64,000 nt of DNA from Trichosphaerium sp. ATCC 40318 (lineage: Eukaryota; Protista; Tubulinea), in contig JALMLS010000085.1 of assembly GCA_038496445.1 (NCBI GenBank), forward strand, positions 172,150-236,149, in the 5' to 3' direction. Below, piece after piece: positions 54,299-64,000 of this stretch. The notes beneath the pieces are model-generated. The model worked only from the letters and a program-made list of their open reading frames with translations. It was not told where the DNA came from and did no database searches. Numbering within the stretch: the stretch's first letter is position 1; every line of letters starts with the position of its first letter. Both the position numbers and the translations under genes were made by a program.

Positions 54299-55268
54299 CT
54301 AGTGCGCAACAATGTATGGAGCAGTCCTACCACGAGCAATCTTCGCTGCAAAGTCACCAATAATAGGAAGTTTGAATAATCTATCACGTGTCAGTTTTCG
54401 TTTTTGTTTAGAGATTCATGATTTTGTACTTTTGTGTTTCTGCATCCATCCAGGCCTTGACGCATAAACCAACAATAATAATAAGCCATACTAATGTAAC
54501 CGCTAACCAAGCATAGACATTCCAGCTAAAAACAACAGCAATCACAAAACAAGGGATGTTAACAAATAAGCCCTAAAAGCAAATGGGTTAATGTCGTTTT
54601 TTTAACCTAACCAAAATCCCAAATGACAAACCTGCCAACCATGAAATGCTGCAAATTCGTTTTTCTTCTCCACAACAGCGACAATGATAGAACCAAGTAA
54701 AAACACATACGCAATTATTGCTGTGTACTATTAGCAAATTTTGAGGACGCGTGGACTAACCTTCTATGTTGTGTGGTACGCCTAACGTTGTTTTTGTTGT
54801 TTTTTGTTCTAAACGTTGAGAAATAAGCAAAACAATATTAAACAGTTAAATTTCGCTTGCGTGTCATTTGAGTTTGGGTGTAAGGTTGAGTTGACAAGCG
54901 ACTTGGTGGTTGATATCCGTTTGGCGCTATTTGGAAGTTATGCGCCACAAAATGATATGGTGAGGAACGCACGCATTGGTGGCTCGTATTGAGAAGGGTC
55001 AAAGCTGTGATGTTGTTCCATTGGCTGTGGTGTTACAAAACCTGGTGTTGCGGGCGTAGGTGGCGCTGGTCTGTACGCTGTAGGTGGTTGTGAAGTATAG
55101 TCTGCGTTTGGAGGCATTTCGCCGTAAGCTGGTGGATCTGAGCGCTCAGGAATGTACTCACTGCCTTCTTGGGTGTACTAATGGCCAATTTAAAAGAAAC
55201 TTTCCGAAACAACGTACTGGGACGGAAGTGTCGTTGTCATCAACTTGTACTGGTTGGAATGCAGCCAT
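54299..55268 (-). CDS. DUF4870/Tic20-like small membrane protein with Pro-rich N-terminus
   Basis: AIIAYVFLLGSIIVAVVEKKNEFAAFHGWQ|GL..KAW..FKLPIIGDFA. Confidence 0.75.
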
Positions 55269-55465
55269 GGCTATCTACTCTTCGCCAAATATGAGAATTA
55301 CAGAATTATGTAAAATACCAACTTTTAGCACGTGAAAGTGCTCCTTACCTTGTTTTACTGCCAACGTTTATACACAAAGCAACTAAAGCGCTTACTAAAA
55401 AGTTTGACTGTGCTTTCTGTTTGGTGGCTTTTCGTTTGTTTTATTATTCACAATCAAATACTGTG

Positions 55466-58221
55466 ATGAATCCAAACGCCAGTTCATTTGTACCAGGCGT
55501 ACGTACTTTTTGTCTTAATTGTATGTTTTTGAGTTATTATCGTTTAATTACGTTCTACAGAACTTCAGCGCGTTTGCCGCCCCTGCAGCTACCCCTGCTC
55601 AACCAAAGGCTGAAGAGCCTGTAAAAGAGTCTTGGGAGCAAGAAGACGTACCAGAGCAACCAAAACCCACGAAACAGGCCGAAAAGACTGAAGTTGAGAA
55701 ATCACCAGTAGAAGAACCAAAGGCCAAACCAGAGCCTAAAAAGGAGCCTGAAAAGGAACCTAAACAACCACAAGCCAAGAAGGCTGTAGTCGTAGGCATG
55801 TTGCTGGAGTTGAGGTGTATTTAAACTAATTTGTACCAGAGGATGTTCCAGACGCTGTTGATGATGACAAACACCCTCTAAATATTGTTTTTATCGGACA
55901 TGTAGGCAAGTAATGTCTCAATTTATTGGCAAATACGCCTATTTACCAGTTGTATGGCTGTCAATCAAGCTTATACAAATTTGTAGATGCTGGAAAATCG
56001 ACACTTAGTGGTCAAATCCTTCGTCTTACTGGTATGGTTGACAAGCGTACTATGCAAAAATACGAGCGCGAAGCAAAAGAAAAAGGCAGAGAAAGTTGGT
56101 TTTTGGCGTTTATCATGGACACGAACGAAGAAGAACGAGCAAAGGTAATCGCCTCATACACCTCAGGAGTACTGAAATTCTTACTCTTTGTTTATAGGGT
56201 AAAACCGTAGAGGTTGGCAGAGCTCATTTTTATACTGGAAACAAACGTTGCACCATTCTAGACGCACCTGGTACAACAAACAAACAAAACAACATTTCAA
56301 ATTAAACAAAAATTTCTCTTGGCGTGCTAACAGCTTTAAAAGGCCATAAAAATTACGTACCTAACATGATCACTGGTGTCGCTCAAGCTGATCTTGGTAT
56401 CTTGGTATGTATCTCATTTCTACTTTGTGCCTTATGCTTAAAACCAGATTTTTTACTTTTTTATTCTTTGCTTTGTGAAATTCTTTGGTTTTTTTGTTAC
56501 GTGCTAATGTATTTGCTTTAGGTTATTTCAGCACGTCGTGGTGAGTTCGAATCTGGATTTGAACGTCTTGGTCAGACACGTGAACATGCTATTCTCGCCC
56601 GTACTCTTGGCGTACGAGTTTACAATTTTTTTTTCATTTTATTTTGTTGTTTAACATTTCTCGTACCTAATTTACATCAAAGGTAAATAAATTGGTTGTA
56701 TTGATCAACAAGATGGACGAAAAAACTGTAAAATGGTCAAAAGAGAGGTAGGAGAAATTTATACTTTTTTGAGTAAAGAAAAAACAAACACTGAACGAAA
56801 ATAGATACGATAGCATATTGAAGAAGCTCCTTCCGTTCCTACAATCTATTGGTTACAAAAAATCAACAATCAAAGTCATGCCAGTATCAGGTATGTCTGG
56901 TGCTGGTATCGTAGACCCTGTACCAGCTGCTGAGTGCCCATGGTATAAGTACGTCCAATCATGAAAAGACTCAGTTTTTTTACTTATTTCTAATCGTTCA
57001 ATAGAGGACCAACATTTATGGGACTGTTGAATAAAATGAAGCCAATCCCTCGTGATGTTGATGGACCACTTCGTATCCCTGTATTGGATGCTTTTAAAGA
57101 GGGTGGCCGCGTTTACGCTATGGGTAAGGTCGAAAGTGGTACCCTCGTGCGTTCAAACGTTGTTATTCATCCTGGAAATGTACGGTTTGGTTTTTTTTTG
57201 TTTTTCTTTTTCTAATTGGTAAGGAAACTAATACTGGTTTTGTAGATCAAAACTGAGATTTCCCATATTGAAAATGATATTGGTGTATTGACAAGAGCAT
57301 ACCCAGGAGAAAATGTCAAAATCGGACTTAAAGGAGGTAAACTTTGTTGTTGGTTGTAGAAAGCGTCATCACGGGTTTTCTTATCACAAGGTTTGTATTA
57401 ACACTCTTTTTAGTTAATGAGGATCACATCACCGCTGGTTGTGTCATGTGTACTGAAGACGATCCAATTTTTTGTGTTGACGAAATTGTTGTTCAAATGA
57501 GTGCGTTCTTATCCAACCGAATCTAGTTGTTTGTATTAACGCTAAACGTTTTTAGTGGTTATGGATTTACTTCCTCATAAAGCTGTCTTAACAGCTGGTT
57601 ATAGTGCTGTTCTTCACGTGCATACAGCAGTAGTAGAATTCACAATATTGGTAAGCAGTGGATGACTTTTTGAGGCTTTTTCTGTGATGATATTCTTAAA
57701 TCCTTCACGAAAATCTTATTTGGTGGACTTCCTAATTAACTTTTTAATTTAGCGTTTATTGGCTGAGCTTGATAGAAAAACAAGTGAAATAAAGAGAAAG
57801 AATCCTCCTTTCGCTAAATCTAAATCAGCTTGCATCATGCACATTCAATTAGCAAAAACAGTACCAGTATCTGCATTTTCTAAGATTCCACAGTTGGGTA
57901 GATTCACTATTAGAGATGAAGGTATGAAACTAAAGTCCTGGGAACTCCAGGAATTTGAAGTAAAGTCAAACTTTGATATTTTTTTCCTTTTTTTTTTGTT
58001 CATTTTTTTTGCGCCTACGTGATGAATTACACCCAGCTCATCTGAGTTTATATGACGCACAACTAGTGTTCTGAGTTAGTAGAGTTTTTTAAAAAGCTAA
58101 ATTGTAAAGAAAAAACCAACAATTCCTTGGAAGTAGAAGTTAATTCTCTTTTTTAGGACAAACTATCGCTTTTGGTAAAATTCTATCTTTGGGACCTCCA
58201 AGACGTATCAAAAAAAAATAA
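55466..58221 (+). CDS. SUP35: Eukaryotic release factor 3 (eRF3/Sup35/GSPT1)
   Basis: PAM2-like [14 protein letters not shown]|[21 protein letters not shown]|[13 protein letters not shown] and LGRFTIRDE|GQTIAFGKI. Confidence 0.96.
58015..58082 (+). ncRNA. Intronic box C/D snoRNA in the last eRF3 intron
   Basis: Box C GTGATGA (58019-58025), D' CTGA (58042), D CTGA (58071) and a CTAC/GTAG terminal stem. The guide ACCCAGCTCA is complementary to conserved LSU rRNA UGAGCUGGGU. Confidence 0.85.
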
Positions 58222-58400
58222 GCTGTTAAAAGAAAACCAACAACAACTACTATACTATGTATCTCTTGATACTTCCTAAGTTAAATAAACTTCGTTTATT
58301 GGTATACCTGTTTTTTTTATTGCGACAATCAATCTTAAAAGATTCCGGAATAAAACTGGATGCCGAGCTTTTTAATCCGCAAACCTTCTGATTTTTTTGT

Positions 58401-59493
58401 TTATTGTTTACAATGACATAATGGTAGTATATCAAACGAAAAATATTTAGACGGGTACGGTTCATTTTCTAGAGTAAAATGCCACCACTCGTTAACATAG
58501 TTCACAAATCCTGCTTCTTTCATAATAGATACCAAATATTGTCTGTTCTCTTTTTGTTCTAGTGTTATACTAGAGTTCTTTGTATGTGCTAACTCATCAA
58601 AGCAATCGAATCCTGTACCCATATCTATGAAGTATAACTGGTGAGACTAAATAAACCACCAAATGTCAAGGAAGAAAAAAAATCAACGACAGAATAGTTT
58701 TTAGTAACAACTGTATCCCACCACTTTTGTTTATGAGGTCACTTACCAATACTATTGTCTCTAAATCTTGAAGGACTTGTGCATGGTGTTAATTCATCAC
58801 CAGGTTTATACTGTTGTTGTGGTGGTGGCGGGTTAGGTACAATTGTAAGATCACATGTCGAACCCTTTTTAAAGAAGATTAAAAAAAAATTAAGAATAGC
58901 AAAAGAAAATCTTAGATTTCTTGACTTGCAAGAAGCGTTTTATACCCTACTGTGTCCTGATCGTTTAGCTATGTACCCAAGGGTAAATAAATTATCGTTG
59001 GCTTTGGAATTTGTTGGGTAAAATTCGGCTTTCATGCGTGTATCGCTGCTGTCATTTCCCCACATCATAAAGTAGTCCACAGCGCTTTGCGGACGATAAC
59101 AATCGTACACTATTACCTGAAATGAGCTTCAAAAATAAATTTTTGTTGACACGATGGAAAGAAAAGTCTCTAACACGTACTTTTGAGTGATTTGGTGCCT
59201 TTTGATTGCTTTAAAAGTGCTTTTTGGGCAGCTGATAACGCATTCGCGGCCTCTATTGTTAAAATACATTCTGCGGCCTTGTAACCAACAATGGGGTTAC
59301 CGATGAAGTTATGGTAGCCTGCATAACGCATTTCTTGTATAATGGTTGGGTCTACATCAGAAAGGTATGTAAAGCCTTCAGGGATATTATTTGAACCCAG
59401 CACATCATCGCTATGCATAGCTGTCACAATTACGTTCGCGTAAGATATTACAACGCAAAATAATGTCAGAACCGCGTACCATCCCGCGTTCAT
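58401..59493 (-). CDS. Secreted D-Ala-D-Ala dipeptidase (VanX/DdpX, peptidase M15D)
   Basis: Hydrophobic signal peptide, then EMRYAGYHNFIG, YDCYRPQ, SGHSR|GSTCDLTI, MGTGFDCF and EWWHF. Contains spliceosomal introns. Confidence 0.92.
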
Positions 59494-59816
59494 TGTATCA
59501 CTGAGCACTAAACGTTGTCAAAAAGTCAACGTACTTTTTTCACAGTTAAAAATCACATGTTTGTTGCACATCTCTATTCATTCCTGTGCTGTGACTTTTT
59601 GAGCGTTAGACAACGCTCCAACGCTGTACTGGTAAGATTATTCTACGTACTCATTCTTTTTAGTCGTTAAACAGTGGAAACCGTGGTAACTGCTGCAGTA
59701 CTTTGCTAAAGCACTTGGCTAAAAGTGGAAGAAAGGCCGTAGTATTTATGAAGTTCACGTAATCTTTTATTTACAAAAGCCAAAAGGATAAACCTTGGCT
59801 TATCAAGACTCGTTTT

Positions 59817-61958
59817 CTATTTTCTTTTCTTCTGTTTTTTTGTTTTGGAAAGTAAAAAACAACCTAAAAAGAATTAGTGATTAGTGATGGTGTGACGTGT
59901 TTTCTTGTTTGTACCCTTCACCTTTCATCCTGTTAACGTATTTCATATATAGTCCTTTCTTCCCTTGTTGTTTTGCAGGAATTATTATTGATCCATATAA
60001 GAACTTATCCTCCTTAGAGCTAAACAAAAAGAATTAACAAATCAAAATTATCAATTTTATGCTTACGGCTTAGATCGCCTTTTAAGAGATTCATTAACTA
60101 TTTTTTCTGCTTCATTCCACATACCTACAATAAGAATTAATATACTTTCAGCTGTATGAAGACTTGTGCTTTGTAAAACCCAAAAGAAGAGAACTCAAAT
60201 TTTATTGCCACGTTGGAGTTTTTTACCTTTGTTCGCATAATATGTTGTGAGGGCATTCCTTATGTAAACTGATTCTGTGTATTCATACCCTCTAAGTTCA
60301 TCAAGGTATTTTAAACCTTGTTCAATATTTCCTTCCTTTAGACAAGCGAGTGTAACAGCAGATATTATACTTATCGGTGGTATTTCATCAACAACAAGCA
60401 CTTTAGTTTTGTAATAATTATACAACTCTATCGCTTGTTGACCATGCCCAGCCTTTGCACATAGTTTAAAGCATGTAAGATAGTCTAGATTAGATAGAGT
60501 AAAACCTAACCAAACAGGTTAAAGCAACAGACACACAAAGCAACTGAAAAGAAAAGGAATAATAGATAGAAAAATATCAATATCTTTCTAACACGTGAAT
60601 AGTTCTAAAAATACATGCTTTATCAATTAAGATTTTGATATTGACATACCTGCATTTCTCTTCTCTTTTAATATATCAAAACAAAGGCCATCATAATTTT
60701 TTACTTTAGTAAGGGCTGAAAGAACAATTGAGAATGTATTTGCATCCCATGGCATTTCTTTTTTCTTCATTTCTGCAAACAAATCCAACACCTGATCAAA
60801 TTTTCTATGATGACCAGCTATCTTCATTTTTATGTTATAATATTCCGTTAATGATACATCCCTACTCAAAACGTCCTACGAGAAAATTAAGGAAAAAATT
60901 GAGAAAATAAAACCGAACTTGTCAATCTTCTTAATGAAAATAAAACAGCCACTTACGCGCATGAACTGGTGTGTGCGGTTATTTACAATATGTTCTTGAA
61001 CAAGAGCGTTTGTTATTCGTCCATAAATTTCAATAACATGCCTAGGAGCTGTTTCTTCTTCATGCTGAAACCAAAAATCTAATTTCAGATTATGCTTCAT
61101 CTTTGCCCATAGATAAAATCCAATATCAACAAGACCAAGACGGAATGCACCATTTATCCATTGCTTATAAAATAATCTTGTGGCAGATACCAAACTAACT
61201 AGCTTTGTTTTTTTAACGTTGAAGCATTTGCTGTATAATTCCCTAAACTCTTTTTTAAGTTTCCTCTTTGCTAGAACCATTGCTGTAACACCATAATGAT
61301 AAGCTGTAGGGCGATCACCTATTATTTTATTAAATTAACATCTAGTATTCATAAAGAAAGTGAACATGACAAAAAAACTAGTGCACGTGGACGGATAAGC
61401 TTTTTTTTCAAAAATCAAAAATGCAGTGACAAGTCGTCCTAAACAGGACTGTACTATCGTACCGTTTTGTTCTATTAAATCCATCAAACGTAGCATTTGT
61501 CCATCCAATAGCTTATAAGAAGCAAATTTGAAGTATTTTTCAAGTCTTTGTGGATCTTTAACGACGTCTTTGTCTATCTTTTCTTATTTGTTAACGTTTG
61601 TACATACTAATATTTTTGTGACACGCATACCTCCAATGGCGGTATATACTCCATTGCTGCGGCGAGTTCTTGTACTTTGGCTTTATTTTCATTTTGGAGT
61701 TTTTGCCTTTCCAGAGCCTCTTCGACGATCGTTGAGCGTGGTGTATCCATTGTAATCTCTAATAGGAGGCTTAGTACAACACTAAGTTCATCTAACTAAG
61801 TTTTGACGTATACACGCACTAGGGGTAGATGTTTGGTCATTTTTTATGACATACGCGCGTTTGTTACAAATAACTGTACTACAACGCTGCTTTCGCGCCC
61901 GGCCATTATACCTGCTATGCTTGGCTACGGTACAAGCCCTGAAAGAGCCCAAAAGCAT
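59817..61958 (-). CDS. Pentatricopeptide-repeat protein with mitochondrial presequence
   Basis: Arg-rich MLLGSFRAC..NKRAY N-terminus and PPR-like units YNIKMKIAG..VLDLFAEMKKKEMPWDANTFSIVL. Confidence 0.8.
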
Positions 61959-62126
61959 ATCTGTAACGATATCGCAGTTTGGGCTAAACAACGCACTCAG
62001 TTATTCCCTGTACAAGATGCTATTGGAAAACGCGCATTTGACACTGACTGTCAGTCATACTTGTACCTTAAGTTATTTTCACGTATTTCAAGCCAAGATA
62101 GCGTCAACGGCAAGAAGCAGCACTCT

Positions 62127-62804
62127 ATGCGCACCTCTATAAAACTAGTTGCTTTAGGCTCTAATAGGGGAGTTGGCACCTCTTCGATAGTTGTCAAAGT
62201 ACTATGTTACCCTTAGTATTTAACTAACATGCAGTTTGCTCAAGGTGTATACAGCCCGACAAAAGAACGCATAGTTGATGATGACTGGAGGGTTAACAAG
62301 ACGTACGATGATACCGAGCGAATATTAGGTACCGTACAGAATCATTTTGGCAAAATGTAACTTTTGTGTTTAGAAATTGCAGACTGCTCTGATAGGCCGC
62401 AAGCTATGCTTGATTTATACATTAAAAAGAGTGACGGGATTCTAGTTGTTTATGATCCTACACAAAGCAGTACACTGGAAGATGCACAACAAAAAATAGA
62501 GCATATTTTCAACATTAAAGAAGTATCTAACGGCGAGGTATGAACGTCACAATATATGTACTAAGTTCAATAAGTAACCATCTTGTCAGTTGGTTCCCAT
62601 GGTACTTGTGGCGTCTAAATTAGATAAGAAAGGTGAAACAACACATGGCCAAGAATTAGCATCAAAGCTAAATATAGAGTTCATGGAAGTGTCAACTCAA
62701 GAAAATAAAAATGTTGAAGAACTGTTTGCTTTGATAGTAAAAAAGTTGACACACTTCTACCCCCACCTCAAGGAGTAAGACAAAGAAGGTGTTGTACTAT
62801 GTAA
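62127..62804 (+). CDS. Degenerate Ras-family GTPase-like protein (frame-0 stop 62778; -1 frame CAAX stop 62804)
   Basis: IKLVALGSNRGVGTSS, EIADCSD, DLYIKKSDGILVVYD, VPMVLVASKLD and FMEVSTQENKNVEELF. Confidence 0.8.
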
Positions 62805-62893
62805 ACAAGCTAAAAAGATGAGCATACACTCGAGCAAGAGTGCGACCACCAAGTGAAAGTAAACGGTTGTACCAATAAAAATACTTTAATTTT

Positions 62894-64000
62894 TCAATAC
62901 CATTGTAGTTTTTCTTTTAAACCATCAAGCGTAGCATGTGTCCATGTTTTTGAATTACATCTTGTAGCAACGATAAAACAGTAATGTGTTTGTATTAGTA
63001 TCCACTCTTCCACTTCATCTAAACGTTCTATAATTGCTACTCTACAAAATATTCAATAAGCTGAAATATCACTCACGTTATTTATTACCGTTTTGTGTCT
63101 TCTTTTGGAATGTAGTTATTATAAATTTGAAGCATATCTTGTACTTCAACATGAGAAAATCCAGCGGCATTAAATCGAGAAACTTGTGACTCCATTGTGG
63201 GAAACTGAGGTACTGATTTCAAAGGGCATCCACGCATCTAAAAAAATGATGAGAAAACAAGTTACAAAAAGAAAGCATGATTACGTTGAGTGCCTTGATC
63301 ATTTGCCTAAGTAGTTAACTTGTTAGTAAACGCAATACATATACTTATTATTACGCACTTCCCAAATGGATCATTAGGTTTTATCATCTCGTATAATGCA
63401 AACTGAATTAAATTACATTTTGTACCAAACCATGAAATTATTCTATCACTCTCTTCCTTATCAAGATATACAAGAACACATTCAGATATAACTAGCGTGG
63501 GAACACTTAAAGTCGCTTGTTAGTATCACTATGAGTATATCCAACTCACTCCACTTTGAAACCAAAGGATAACAACGAACTTGTAAATTTCTCCAAATTT
63601 CGAAGATCTGTAGGAAACAAAGAATAATTATCTGCTGTAAGAGTTCCTTTCTCTTCAAGGTGTCAGCATTGCACATATTACATCACAACGTACTGTCAAC
63701 ATTCACACCACTTAATAAACTATTTAGGGATACTTCTCGTTGTATCACGGTGCTTTTATGCAATGTTAATTCCATAAAGTCACACTCGAACCAATGTGCT
63801 GATTTTGCATTGGGTAAAGTCTAGGAGAGTTTTCAGTCAACACGTGCTGCAACGGTTTTCCCGTCGACTCTTTACATAATTCATAATTCTGAAACTAGGC
63901 GTTGAGGTCCATTATACGTACATGAAGTGCAAAATACGATGTGTCAAAGCCAGCAATGTAACGACTTACGTTCTACGCCACCAGACTCTAGAAACGCTTT
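62894..64000 (-). CDS. LCMT1: Leucine carboxyl methyltransferase (PP2A methyltransferase), 5' part outside window
   Basis: LAGFDTSYF, WFECDF, TDLRN, PTLVISECVLVYL, YEMIKPNDPFG, LDEVEEW and HYCF motifs. Confidence 0.88.

Noticed and set aside
57651-57752. GTGATGA in another eRF3 intron as a second snoRNA
   Set aside because: No downstream CTGA box D and no recognisable guide.
61803-62126. Long N-terminal extension of the Ras-like ORF
   Set aside because: It overlaps the first exon of the PPR gene on the minus strand; Met at 62127 is the better start.
63680-63735. GTATCCCT on the minus strand in LCMT1 as a U12 donor
   Set aside because: The sequence is better read as exon (VSLNSLLSG), which is needed for LCMT1 spacing; no U12 branch site.

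Overview
AT-rich, gene-dense and intron-rich eukaryotic (protist-like) nuclear DNA. It uses the standard code and has short spliceosomal introns with GTAYGT/GTAAGT donors and CTAAC/CTAAT branch sites. An amoebozoan-like origin is my inference only. About 24 protein genes were reconstructed by manual splicing: CUE-BTB, sirtuin, ataxin-2, a Ufd2/UBE4 U-box ligase with an N-terminal TM anchor, GNAT, zinc-ribbon-Rap, CX9C protein, RasGEF, cysteine synthase, five F-box proteins, a Zn2Cys6 TF, an IPT-ankyrin-discoidin protein, a DUF4870-like membrane protein, eRF3, a secreted VanX-like D-Ala-D-Ala dipeptidase, PPR, a degenerate Ras, LCMT1 and four uncharacterised genes. RNA genes are tRNA-Arg(ACG), an intronic C/D snoRNA in eRF3 and three U6 snRNA loci. 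Two U6 genes form the near-identical outer arms of a ~0.9 kb palindrome. The third was carried with an intronless F-box/LRR gene in an inverted duplication ~21 kb away and has its ACAGAGA box changed to GCAGUGA. Other notable signals: frequent GC-AG introns, a U12-like intron candidate, a CAAX tail hidden in the -1 frame behind A AAA AAG, an NF-kB/Spt23-like domain architecture, and a degenerate 1.1 kb foldback element. Gene coordinates span introns and were derived by eye.
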